Below, one piece after another: positions 21,472 to 33,806 of a DNA stretch of 64,000 bases. Origin of the DNA: Camelus ferus. Taxonomy: Eukaryota. The stretch's first letter is position 1. Every line of letters starts with the position of its first letter. The notes below the pieces were generated by a model, which saw nothing but the letters and a program-made list of their open reading frames with translations, was not told the origin of the DNA and ran no database searches. Made by a program: the position numbers and the translations under genes. The stretch lies in NCBI RefSeq assembly GCF_009834535.1, contig NC_045696.1, positions 8,310,001-8,374,000 of the forward strand. The letters run 5' to 3'.

Positions 21472-24245
21472 GTTGGAACCTAGGTTGGCTCTGGAAAGTA
21501 GACCCTCTGGTGGCTTTGGCAGTGGTGGGTACGTGGTGGCAACTCCCGGCATATGATAGATCACAGTGACTGAATCTTTTTGGCTTTTATCTGAAGTTAG
21601 TGAGGACAAGGAGGAGCTAGAGGTCACATGTTGAGATATCAGCTCGCTGTGTCACCGGATCTGTTTTGGGATAATGATAACTATAATAATCCTGGTGTGG
21701 GGTAATCACCTGTGAAGGCTTTGGAAACCCTGCAAAAAGAAAATGAGAGGTGCTCTCTTGAGGCTCCCTTTGAAAGCCGGGGTATTCCTGTGGTTGCTTT
21801 AAAGGGGGTTTTCACCTCCCAACACTGCAGGGCAGAGGTTTTAAAATTAGGATCTGATTATAAGGTGGCAGTGACGCAAAGGCTAAATATACAGACTTAA
21901 TGGCTCCTCAGTGTCAAAGAAAAGTCTCTGATGGGGAAAAAGCGGGACACTGCGACCTTGGGTGGTGACCTTCACCTGGCAGAGACTGAGACCGTTGGAG
22001 CCTAAGTGGCCTGAAGCTTCTCGGCTGGGAGAAGCTGTCCCGACAACTTGGAGAGATGAGCCTCCCATCCCCATTTGATCACACCATGACCTCACAGACC
22101 AGATGCTTCACGGCTGACCGTTGTTTTTCTCAAGATCGGTCCCCATCATCCCTCGTTGTCTCCTGGGTAATAGCCAGAGTCAGGTCTGAGCACGGCTTCG
22201 GTGGGGAAGTAAATGCTCCAAGGACAACAATCTGTGTGTCAGAGGACGTGCAGGAACTGGCAGACGTGTACCAGCGAAGACCTGTAGGAGTGGATCTGGA
22301 GGGTGTTACATCGTCATGGTCCCCTGGAGCTGGTCTTTTAGTCTGTTGTGGTGACAGCTTGGCATTTAGGATGATGGCCTACAATTGATAAGGCGGAGGT
22401 GACAGTATGAAGGAAGCGTAAGGCTCCGAGAGTTGGGAATATTAGGATGTCTTTATTAAGTAAAACCTCAGAACCCTCCACATAGCTGTGTTTCTTGAAG
22501 GAGACTGGAGGACGCTTCCTTCTGAAGGCAATATGAGTGCACAAGTTAAGAGCTCACTGACATCTTTGAGAGGTTGGTGTCTGTCTTCTGTAGGCTGGGC
22601 TTAATGCTGAGAAACACTGCCCCAGGCTCCTTGGTGTCAATGGAGATAATGAGATTCCAGAATTAAAAGACTAGGTGGTAGCTGTTGACCACCCGAGGCA
22701 GAGGTGGCCGCACTTACCATCACCAGAAGCACGGCAGAGTAGCAGATAGCATCCCTTTGCCTTCAGGGATGTGTAGCTCCTGGATCATGGTGTTCCCAGC
22801 CAGGAGGCAGATGGACAGCTGACCAGGGTGTTGTTCAAATTGTATAATAATAACAAAACAGAAAGCTGGAGAGCAGAATGTTAACATCAGTCACTACAAT
22901 GGAAAATTCTGGCCTCTCAGTTTTCAAATGTAAGTCAGCTTACGCATCTAGAACCCTTAGATTCTAGAGGAGGCTGAGGTCCCCTTGAAGAAGGACACTC
23001 CTGTTTCCCACAAGTATACATGAAAGTTTATTTTTATAATCCCCTCCTTCAAGGGATCTGTAGATATTCCCCCAAAAAACTAGTGCTGGAGAATGGGGCC
23101 TAGCCAGACTTTTTGGGTTCTGCTGTATACAAGGTCGGAGCTGACACCAGTGCCAGGGGGTCTGAAATGCCACGTACTGGTCCAACAGTTAGATCAGCAG
23201 CTATAGGAGACCAGGTGACAAATTAGGTTTTATCCAAAGTCCATTTTATAATGGGTCCGTTAGGTCCACAAGACTACCCCGTGGCTACTTCTCAGATTCC
23301 CAAAGGGGATAGGTGTGTTTAATGGTTGGCAGAACTCTCAGTAGGTTTCCTGATTTGTGAAGTGTAGGACATTATGGTTGGAAGAGCTAAGTAAAACGAC
23401 CTGAAACTGTTCTTTCCTCTTATTCAGGGTGGGAAATTGGAAATAATTCTGTGTCTGAGGGGAAGATGGTAGATATTTGAAGACATAAAGGATGCAAGGT
23501 GGTGGTTCCCATAATATCTCCATTCAGTTTACCCACCGTGTCCCTGTAGTGACCAGATGAATTATGGCGGGTGTTATCAGGCCACCTTAAACTTACTCAG
23601 GTGGTAATCCCTTTTGAAGCTGCTGTACTGGGTGTGTTACATTGACTGGTGAAGACCAGCACACAAGCTCACAGTTGCTGTGGGACCACTCATCTGGCAA
23701 ATGCTTTCTTCTCAATCCCCATCGATGAGGAGAATCTGTAGTCATTGGCCATCACACGGCAAGGGCAGCAGTGTATTCACTGTCTACGTGTCTGCAGGGA
23801 CCCTGCTCATCTTGACGTTTACAGGACATCACTCTGCCCACCTATTAATGACATCATGCTATTGGGCATACTGATCAGGAAGCAGCAAGTACCATCGATG
23901 TCCTAATACAGGGGTTCTCGATCAGGGGATTTTTAACTCCCAGGGGACATCTGAGAATGTCTGGAGACATAATTGATTGTTAAAAAAAAATGGAGTATCC
24001 TGAGTAACTGGTATTTAGTGGGTAGAGTCCAGGGATGCTGCTGTATGTTCTACAATTCTTGGGACACACCCCCCCTCCAATAAAGAATTGTTTGTCCCCA
24101 AATTGTAACAGTGCCAATGTTGAGAAATACTGCCTTAGGAAGGCACCCATGTGCGAGAGGTGGGAGATTAACCCTATGAAAATTGAGGGATCATCGCATC
24201 AATGTAGCTTCTAGGAGTTCAGAAGTCTGCGGCATGCCAGTCATC
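21472..24245 (+). mobile_element. Degenerate ERVL internal region (gag-pro-RT N-terminal part; ERV3-16A3-like)
   Basis: gag remnants KALETLQKENER, ARVRSEH..GEV..QELADVYQ and RLRELG. Protease QTFWVLLYTRSELTPVPG at 23105 (cf. LLDTGSELTLIPG). RT HLANAFFSIPI at 23691, PINDIMLLG at 23841 (cf. YIDDIMLIG) and RGWEINPMKI after 24132. Many stops and frameshifts. Confidence 0.9.
23909..24132 (+). mobile_element. MER20 inserted into the ERVL RT remnant
   Basis: caggggttctc...tgtctggagacat...gtgggtagag...ttgagaaatactg; RT homology resumes on both sides. Confidence 0.85.
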
Positions 24246-24729
24246 ATTTTTTTTTTAATTAAAGGATGATTGTCACATCTTAGCCCCTCAAAAATATCTG
24301 CTGAGTGAATAAGTGGATGAAAACCATACAAGAAGAGTTCCCTGTGCAAAAAGAAGTCTGCTTGGGAGAGTGAGTTTCCCAGAGGAAGGCGGAAGTTTGC
24401 TGTAGCCAGGGGCCAGGAGAGGGCTGGAGGTGCAGCAGAGAGGAGGCTGTGGTTTATATGGTTTACATGCTATTTATTTAGACACTGGTCCAGAGAACGT
24501 GGAGAACAAACAAGTGGCTTTCAACAGTGGGGAAACAAGGCCTGGTTTGTGTTCTAGAATGATCACTGTGTGGCTGGTTAGACAGATTCTCCTGAGAGGC
24601 CATGAGGCCAGAGTCAGGTTAACTAGCCTGGTCCCTCCTGTAATAGTCCAGTTGGGAAGCTGTGAACACCTGAACTGGGACGGGATGGAAACAGAATAAA
24701 GGAAGAGGTAGATTTCAGAAAGATTTAAT

Positions 24730-25130
24730 GGAGATCGTCATTATAAGTGAAGTCAGCCAGAAAGAAAAAAAAAAAAAAAGAAAAGATATGATATCACTTA
24801 TATCTGGAATCTAAAGAAAGACACAGATGAACTTATTTACAAAACAGAAACAGATTCACAGACATAGAAAACAAACTTATGGTTACCAAAGGGGAAAGGA
24901 GGTGGAGGAGGGATAAACTAGGAATGCGGAATTCACACACACACACTATTATATATAAAGTAGATAAACAACAAGGACCTACTGTATAGCACAGGGAACT
25001 ACATTCAATAGCTTGTAATAACTTGTAATGAAAAGGAATATGAGAAAGAATATATATGTATAATTGAATCACTATGGTGTACACCTGAAACTAATACAAC
25101 ACTGTAAATCAACTATACCGCAATGAAAAA
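24730..25130 (+). mobile_element. Young L1 3' end
   Basis: taagtgaagtcagccagaaaga...gacatagaaaacaaacttatggttaccaaaggggaaagg...tgtaaatcaactatac. Confidence 0.9.
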
Positions 25131-26509
25131 GTGACCTTTGTGTAGACCAGGGTGGAAATTAGGGTTAGGAGAAGCAGGTGGATCCAAGTGAAAGTGAAAC
25201 CAGGAGGGCTCGTTGATGGGTTATATCAGGATGAAGGAGAGACGGTTTCCAACATGGGTGGGTTTCCATGGAGCACAACTGGACAGACAGGGCAGACATG
25301 TTCTGAAAGAAAACATTAGGGCAGGGCGTTTGTTGGGGGACATGTTGGATTTGAGGACTCTTGGATGTCCTGGTAGGTGACTAATTTCCTGAGAATGGCA
25401 ACACACAGATTATTTCATGATTCCAATTTTAAGACTACATAGTGCAACCACACACTTGGTTAAAAATATCAGTAGACTATTGCTCACTCCTGTCTCACAT
25501 TTTTTATCCTTCCATATCTCACATTAGTTCTTGACAAAGTACTTCTCCACGCATCTCTTTCCAAAAACACATGCCATGTATTTTAGGGACATCGGCTCCT
25601 TTCTTTGTCTCCTCTTGAAGAGGAAGGCCGTCGTTTCCCCCAGGGAGCCCCTTGCAGTCAGCTTCCTCAGGTGGCATTTTGGACGTGTCAACAACAAAGT
25701 TGGCCTCTTACTTCTGGTTGCCCCTGTGAAGGCTTAGCTATTAATCTGCCTTCATGTTTCATATTTCACTTGTGTTTTTAAAGGGATGTTCCTTTATTAT
25801 TCTCCTCCCTGGTTCCGTATTTACAGGGAGCTTGCTGCTTTATTTTCTTCCAGCCTCCAGCGGAATGATTCCGGTAACTTGAGGCCACCTCGGGGAGCAG
25901 AGCCATTAGACTCTCGGTCCTGTCGTGTGGCAACGCTACTGCTAACATGTTCACAGGCGCTGGGCATGGTGGTGCTGACGGCTTTGTCTTCCCAGCCTTT
26001 AAATTATAACATGGACGCTATTTCTGTATCCGTGGAAGGGGCTATGGGAGCATTGGAAGTTTCCCAAGGGGAGCACTTTTCAGTTTAAAAAGGAGAGGAT
26101 GAGAGATTCCTTTATGTTTCAAAAACTGGTATAAAGTTAATTAGTTAAAAAATGCTGTCTGTTCCTGCATAACTCATCTGGCTGTGGAATCACATTCAGC
26201 AAAGTCACCGTGACCTCCTTGGGGAAATGCCAACAGCCTGACACCTGATCCAAGTTTTCTGGCCTGACGATAATGCCAGTGACTGACTTCTCACAGATCT
26301 GCAAGGACAGCTGGTTTGGAAAATGTGTTTTCTCCTAAAAGTGCAAGGCCTGTTTTTCAACTGATGAATCCTTTCGAAGTCTCTGGACTGGGCAGTGGAT
26401 GACTAAATTCTCCTTGTGTCTGAAGAGATGTACCCACCGAAGATAACAGTGGTTCATCGAGGGGGAGATGGCGAGAGAATGAAGGAGGCAACTTTAACCT
26501 GGTCCCAGG

Positions 26510-26973
26510 CAGGGTCTCAAACTGCTGGTCTTCAGGTGTCTTTTGTGGGCACCAAGGGGGCCATGAGAAGGACCTCAGACCTCCAGTGGTGGCAGCCAGG
26601 CTTAACCCACAGCCCCAGCTTCTGAGCTCTGAAGTCCATCACTGGTTGGTGCTGAGGCCACGCCTCCCATGACTGAGCGAGGCAGGGACCTGGGGCAGGC
26701 CTGTTTCTGGGAGATGTGGGGCACCTCTGACTGTGGCTTGAGGCCTACCCCAGTGGCCTTGCAGACCTTTCTGTAGAACTGTATTGCAGTCCAGGAGGCA
26801 TCCACTCAAACTCCCTCCTTCCCTCTCTCCTTCCCTTGGGTCAGACCTGCATCGTGGTCCAACACCTCCTCTGGCTCCCTCCACATTCTTTTGTAGGCAT
26901 TTCTCCTAATAAATTTCATGTACATTTAATCCTCTCTTGGTTTTTGCTTTTTCAGAAAACTTAGACTGACACA
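26510..26973 (+). mobile_element. ERVL-class solo LTR (MER74/MER54-like)
   Basis: Ends tctcctaataaatttcatgtacatttaatcctctcttgg...gactgacaca (polyA signal plus terminal ACA); 5' boundary uncertain. Confidence 0.55.
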
Positions 26974-27390
26974 GGCCCTCTTAAAAACAAAATAAAACAA
27001 AACAAAAACAAAACACTTCTTCATCAGGGACACATGCATTGCCTACTGTCCCATCTCTTCTATTATCTTGTATCCAACATGACTCACACATTTGTATTAT
27101 GTGTCTGGTTCCTACAGGTATTTGATTTTACTTCCCAAGTCTTGCATCCTCTTTTACAGAATAGTGGAAATAGAGACATAGGGAAGGATTGGCCAGTTAG
27201 GAAAATAATACTCAGTTGGGAATATGAGGTTAAATTATTTGATTTCTTAAAAGTTACCAAATGTAGGTGTCATCATAATTTAATTTACGAATGACCCATC
27301 TAACTTTTATCCCAAGTTCATAGTATTTTCTCAAATTTAGAAACTTGTGGAAATAAAGATGCACTTTGTCTTTCATTAATTTGCATAATT

Positions 27391-27602
27391 AAAAAATTGA
27401 AGTATAGTCAGTTTACAATGTGTCAATTTCTGATGTACAGCATAATAGTTCAGTCATACATGTACATACATATATTCATTTTCATATTCTTTTTCATTAC
27501 AGGTTACTACAAGATATTGAATATAGTTCCCCGTGCTATACAGTGTACACTTGTTGTTTATCTATTTTATACATAGTAAGAATCTGCAAATCTCAAACTC
27601 CC
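27391..27602 (-). mobile_element. Young L1 3' end with perfect 13-bp TSD
   Basis: TSD aatttgcataatt at 27378-27390 and 27603-27615. Confidence 0.92.
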
Positions 27603-28057
27603 AATTTGCATAATTGTTGAATGGCCAAATTCTCTCCAGTATTTGAAAAGCTTTGGGTTGTGTCCACTAATCTCTATTCTTCCCTGGGGAAGAGGTGGAT
27701 TAAACGATTCTCTTTTAGTACATGGTGCACTTGGAGTATATTGTCATATGACTTCAGTAAATAACTTTTTGAAAAGTTCTCAAACAACAAAAAGTTTCCA
27801 CGCTACTATTATTAACATTTTCAGTCATTATTTTATAAAAGAATTTTCTCCATTTTTTTCTTTGCTTCCAGATCAATTCATTGCCTCAGTTGCTCTCCTT
27901 AATTTCTGGTTTAATTGAATCTAAGCTTGGTAGTGGTTGTTAGCCCAAAAAGATGACCACATTTCTTTCAAGGTGGGAGAAGAGACCATATAAGAAAGGA
28001 TGGATTCCTCCACTTTAGAAAGTTTTTTTGACTCTCCAGAAATAACATGGATACAAC

Positions 28058-28360
28058 CAGGACCAACCCCGTAATTTTGGGGGTCTAGCGCAAAGTGAAA
28101 ATGGGGCGGCTTGTTGAAAACATAGAGAAAGTGCTGTTAAAGGTATGAAAATATGAAGACTTTTTCCTTCAGTTCATGTGTCTCCTCTGCTTGTATGCAC
28201 CCTCCACTGTCCCACTGAACTTCACTTATAAAAAACAAATTCATAGGTAAATTATCAAGAATTTCAAGATATCAACAGAGCATTAAACCAAACGTGGGAG
28301 CCCTTCTGAGCGCGGGGCCTTGTGGGAATATGCCGGCTGCACTCACATGAAGTCGCCAGA
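28058..28360 (-). mobile_element. MER45B-like (hAT-Tip100) DNA transposon
   Basis: cagagcattaaaccaaacgtgggagcccttctgagcgcggggcc and gcaaagtgaaaatggggc match antisense MER45. Confidence 0.8.
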
Positions 28361-28649
28361 GTCGATCAGCAAGCTGGAAACCAGAGGGAACATTTCCCCT
28401 CCTCCCACTAGAGTCTCTCAGGTGGAGTGGTGTACAGGGAGCACGGCTGCTGTTGGAGTCAGGGCTCAGGGTGACATGGAAGGCACGGGGCTTTGTGTCC
28501 GATGGGCATGAGCCATATTTCTCCTATTTTGACCTTGGCTCACTTGGACAGTGGCTTCACCACGTTGTCCACCTGAGTGGAGAGCAGGTGGTTACTTGTT
28601 CATGGTGAGCGATTTTATTTTGACTTTCCATTTTAACCATTTTATGTTG

Positions 28650-29000
28650 CTATATTTACTGAGTGTCTGTTCTAGGATAATTTATGTTTAGCTGTTGTTA
28701 TCTCCCGGTCCTCATGCAGTTTCCCTTCTCGTGAGGGGAGACACGCAATAAGCAGAATAAAGGAATAGACAAAATGTACAGAATATCAAATATAGAAATG
28801 CTATAAAGGAACACTGAATAGAGAAAGCAGGTGGGCATGGTGGGGCAAGGGCTTCACAAGTGTCAACAGGTGGTTAGGGAAGACCTTACCCCCAAGATAG
28901 AATTTGAATGAAGACCTGGAGAAGAGAAAGAGGGCAGTGGGTTGACCTCTGGGGAAGATCATCTGGGAAGGTCACATCAGGGCAAGGAATCTGCAGTGGG
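28650..29000 (-). mobile_element. L2 fragment
   Basis: tatttactgagtgtct...ggttagggaagacctt...atttgaatgaagacctgga is typical of antisense L2. Confidence 0.65.
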
Positions 29001-31064
29001 AGTGGAAAACTTTGTTATTCATTGACCTTGCATGAGCTTTTGGTGTAAGTTTCGTTTTTGTAGATCTACATGAAAGCATTCTCTCCTTCCTTTTTAGGTA
29101 GAAGAATAGTACTTGTCTGTCAATTCAGTTAAAAATGAATAAGAGTTTCTCTGCTTTGATTGGACGTGGCCACATCTCCTCCGGAGGTAGCACGGCTGGG
29201 TTCTGATGGGGAGTCACTTCTACAGACAGACTTTTCTTCCTAAAGGACATCTCTTATTAATGGCTGAGTTCAAAGCAAACTTTAGAAATCCAATCGATTT
29301 CTCATTTATTACATTTAGTTTTGTAAAAGATTTTATGTCAGTGATTGCAGAATGAAGGTGCCGATAGCAAAAGAATTGGTTTATAAATGGAAAGTTAATC
29401 ATGCATTCCCCTTTACATCGTCCTCTCCAAGGTCAGGGCATGACTGAAATGCTAAGAAAAAGCACTCGTGCTGCAGGTGGATGATAGGCTTAGGTGGAGA
29501 GTCATTAACCTCGAGACTCCCTCCCAGAGGGCAGTGTGGAAGCAAATGGCTTTGTGAGCTTCAGAGGAACGTGACATGATTGTACTTGGGCACAGAAGAA
29601 TGGTGTCTGCAGTTCCATTAATTGGGGTAACAATTATGAAAGCTTGGAAGGCCTCAAGTTTCAGAGCTCACACTAATCCCCAGGAAGACTTTTCCCCTGG
29701 TGGATATAATATTGCTGTTTTTCAGGTGCATTCCTAAGATGTATTACATTTCTCAGACTCACTTTGTATAGGCTGCTGTCAGGCGTAGGATTTGGGGGTT
29801 GCCAGAAGATTCTTTGGTTTCATCCAGGCAACTCTGCTCTCCTGGAATGTCAGTGAATTTGGTGGAAACAAGGGTCAAAGCGGAGTTGACTTCTGTCTGG
29901 AAGCGTGAGCTCCATGTGCTGGTTTCGATGAAACACAAGGCAGGAATGCAAAGACCTTCTCCTGAAACTGCTTGTGTTCACATACTGATAATGTATTTCT
30001 TCATGCTGACCCAGACGTAGCCACATCTCACCTGGGGACAGGCTACGGGTCCCTTGATTGGCTGCTTTGGAATTTAATGAGCTTCTGTTGAACATGGACT
30101 ATGTTTTCCTAGGAAATGGAATATGAAAACAGTTGACAGTTCTTCTGTAAGCTGAGCTGAATTCCAAAAATGACACATAGGTAATCCTCCCTGATCTACC
30201 TTCAGAGCTCTGCTCTGAATTTCTGTTGGTGGTGACAAAGTCATCATAAAGAACAGCATACTTCACCTTCAAAAAAGAAGAAAACTTCTATTAAAAAAAG
30301 GCAGACAATTAAAAAAAAGATGTCATTTTAGCTCTTGTCTGATCCTTACCTGAAGATGAAAAACTCTTCAAAGTAGGAAAAATATCTACTATAAAGTCGC
30401 CATTGGTTTACATGACATATTCCAAAATCCTTGTGGGAAACTCAGCATTTGGAGAGTCAATGTGATAGAATATTACATAAAATGAATATATGCACAGTCC
30501 TCTTAACTAGGGATGTTTCTGTATTTACCCTGGGGTTGACTTTTGAAGCCTTTAGATAAGTAAGACTTGGAATGCGTTAGACACTGCAGTTTTTGCAAGC
30601 TGGATATATCATTTCCCCCTTTTACTCAGCTCCTTTACAGGAAATGCTAAGTTATGGAGATCACTAATATTTCCTGAAATGAGATTGCTACTTCCTGTCT
30701 GAAGAGACATGAGGGTGGGTTTCTAGTACCCTATTTCTGAGTGTTCACTTAAGGATTCCACTACTTATGTTTTCCAGAATATTTCACTCTTTCGTTTCTA
30801 TTAGGCAGAGACCAGGGGAAGGTTAGGTCTGAAATGAAATTCAAAGCATGCATAGCCCTCTCGCTGGACCCTTCCTACTAGCAAGCTGTTTTCTTCCCTC
30901 TAGAAACCATTGCCACTTTTGACAATCTACCATCAATGTTTGGTGTCACAAGGGACTGTGAGGAGACTGGTTAGGAATGTGCTGGAACTTCTCGTCTCTG
31001 CATTTCTGCTTGGTTGGCCAAAACTGATGAGGGACTGGGCAGACGCAGCATTTAGGCTAATTTT

Positions 31065-31615
31065 CTTGGTTTGTTTTATGTGTATATATTTTATTGAGGT
31101 GTAATCAGTTTACAATGTGTCAATTTCTGGTGTACAGCATAATGCTTCAGTCATACATGAACATACAGATATTCATTTTCATATTCATTTTCACCATGTT
31201 ACTATAAGATATTGAATATAGTTCCCTGTCCTATACAGTGTGAACTTGTTTATCTATTTTATATGTATCATTTTGTATCTGCAAATCTCAAGCTCCCGAT
31301 TTATCCCTTCCCACCCACTTCCTTCCTAGTAGCCCTAAGTTTGTTTTCTATGTCTGTGAGTCTGTTTCTGTTTTGTAAATAAGTTCGTTTGTCTTGTTTT
31401 TAGATTCCACATATAAGTGGTATCATATGATATTTTTCTTTCTCTTTCTGGTTTACTTCACTTAGAATGACAATCTCCAGGCCCACGCATGTTGCTGCAA
31501 ATGGCGTTGTTTTGTTATTTTTTATGGCTGAGTGGTATTCCATTGTGTAAATATACCACAGCTTCTTTAGCTAGTCATCTGTCGATGGACATTTAGGTTG
31601 TTTCCATGTCTTGGC
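31065..31615 (-). mobile_element. Young L1 3' end with TSD
   Basis: TSD ttaggctaatttt (31052-31064) / ttaggctgatttt (31616-31628); L1 ORF2 C-terminus and 3' UTR. Confidence 0.92.
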
Positions 31616-31704
31616 TTAGGCTGATTTTTGGTACAGAAAATGAAGGGAAGCCAGGCAGGACATTCAGTTTACACCCAGGTACTTCATATATAAAGAAAAA
31701 TGTC

Positions 31705-32410
31705 TTTTTTTTTAACTCAAATTTATTTACTTATTTATTTATATTGAAGTGTAATTAATTTACAATCTTGTGTTAATTTTTAGTGCACAGCATAGTAATT
31801 CATTTACATATATATTTCTTTTTATATTGTTTCTCATTATAGGCCATTACAAGGTATTGCATATAGTTCCCTATGCTATACAGTAGGACCTTGTTGTTTA
31901 ATTTTTTTATACATAGTAGTTAGTATCTGCAAATTCCGAACTCCCAACTTATCTTTTCCCACCCCCTTTCCTTCCTGGTAACCATAAGTTTGTCCTCTCT
32001 GTCTGTGAGTCTGTCTCTGTCTCTGTTTTGGAAATAAGTTCGTCTCCCTTTTTTTTTTTTTTTTTTTTTTTTACAGTCCACATATAAGTGATACCATATG
32101 ATATTTTTCTTTCTCCTTCTGGCTTACTTCACTTAGTAAGACCATCTCCAGGTCCATCCATGTTGCTGCAAAAGGTATTATTTCATTCTTTTTTATGGCT
32201 GAGTGGTATTCTATTGTGCATACATATATATACCACCTCTTCTTTATCCATTCATCTGTTGGTGGACATTTAGGTTGCTCCCCTGTCTTGGCTATTGTAA
32301 ATAGTGTTGCTATGAACATTGGGGTGCATGTATCTTTTCAAATTAGAGTTTCCTCCAGATATATACCAAGAAATGGGATTGCTGGATCATAGGGTAAGTC
32401 TATTTTCAGT
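31705..32410 (-). mobile_element. L1 3' end including the ORF2 C-terminus
   Basis: ORF 32071..32319 MFIATLFTIAKT...PFAATWMDLE...SEVSQKEK is the canonical L1 ORF2 C-terminus; imperfect TSD gaaaaatgtcttttt / gaaaaacatattttt. Confidence 0.95.
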
Positions 32411-33654
32411 GAAAAACATATTTTTAAGTTAAATTAACTTCAGGAGCATAACCAAGGATGACTTCAGTTAGAGCACTAAGTTCCCATTTGCTAGCTCTGG
32501 TTCCCCAAACCTGTCTTTCCCTCTATCCTTTCCCATCAGGTCCTTCTTCCCTGTTTCAGTGTCTTTGGTCAGGTAATGAGCACCTGCCCAATCAGAGAAT
32601 TTCTATAGTTTCCAGAAGTTCAGAGATAAAAGCATGTAGAAGCTTTTTCTCTCTCAGCAGTAATGTCTTTCTGAGGACACACACACACAGTGTCCTTGTG
32701 ACACTTAAGATCTTAGTTTAACATCCTTTTCCTATCACAAAGAATAGTTCTAATCACTGGAAAGCTACAAGCTTCTCCAAGAAGCTAGATCCTGTGGAAA
32801 TCACGCAAGACCACCAAAAGCAATAACAAGATAGCAACACAAAATAGGTTAAAAAGTCTCTGTGTAGATCTATTTCTACTGGCTTTTTAGATAGTAGCCA
32901 GGAGAGAGAGTTTTGAAAGTATAGTGTCTGTTGGCATAAAGCGTGACCTGTTAAAGGAGGCCAGGTTGCATGTCAAATTCCAGTGCAGGAGGCCCGTGCT
33001 TCTCAGACAGTGGCTTCCTGGCCACGAGTCACACTTGTATTTGGACAGGGGGCATTGCTCAGTAAGATGGTTCATTAGGGCTCAGGATGGTCTTCAAAGT
33101 TCTTCTCTACCTTTTCTGCCATCTTGACTGGCTCCACTCCTTATCTTCCACAAAATGGACTCAAAGGGCCAAACCACTGGTCAGCACAAAATAGGGTGGA
33201 ATGATCTAGATGGCGTATGGGCTCCCCGAGGAGCTCTGGTCCTTACTTAGCCAGGTATGGGGAGGGTCATCTGTGGAACGGCCAGTAGGCAAATCTCTCC
33301 AGGAGCCTCCTGGATGGATCACCTTAGGAAAATTGCCTTAATTTCCCAGGATTGGATTTGGCTCCAGGTCTGCAGACTTAGAAAGAATGTTGGGCCACCC
33401 CAGTAAGAGATGGACCCTCTCTCTCTCTAGCACAGATACACAATCATTTCACTCATGAGACTCAAGCGTACAGCCAGAATTCCAATCCATTGATTTTCCA
33501 CAAGAAATATAATTGCAGAGAGGCTGAAGTCTCAAGAACTCCAAAGAGGTCATGCTACCTGGGAATGAAATCACAATGGGAAGAAAGTGTGTTCAGGGGA
33601 TTCAGAACTGGGGGTGTTAGTGATAAGGTTTCAATCAGAGTGATACTTGCTCTC

Positions 33655-33806
33655 TAGTGGGTTGAATGGTGGTCCCCCCAAAGATACATTCCTCTGGAGC
33701 CTGTGAATGTGACCTTATTTGGAAAAAGATGGTCTTTGTAGATATGACTAAATTGAGGATCTCAAGGTGAAATCATCTTGGATTAGGTTGGATCCTAAAT
33801 CCAGTC
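33655..33806 (+). mobile_element. MaLR LTR 5' fragment (MLT1C-like)
   Basis: gggttgaatggtggtccccccaaagatac...tgtgaatgtgaccttatttggaaaaag. Confidence 0.8.

Noticed and set aside
22056..22388. Domesticated gag-like gene
   Set aside because: Only a 110-codon stop-free stretch of the decayed ERVL gag; flanking gag and pol are riddled with stops and frameshifts, and catalytic residues are lost.
25865..25882. ATGATTCCGGTAACT = MIPVT, like the LRRC8A/C N-terminus
   Set aside because: An immediate TGA follows and no similarity continues; a five-residue coincidence.
32071..32319. 82-aa ORF as a gene
   Set aside because: It is the C-terminus of L1 ORF2 in a 5'-truncated copy.
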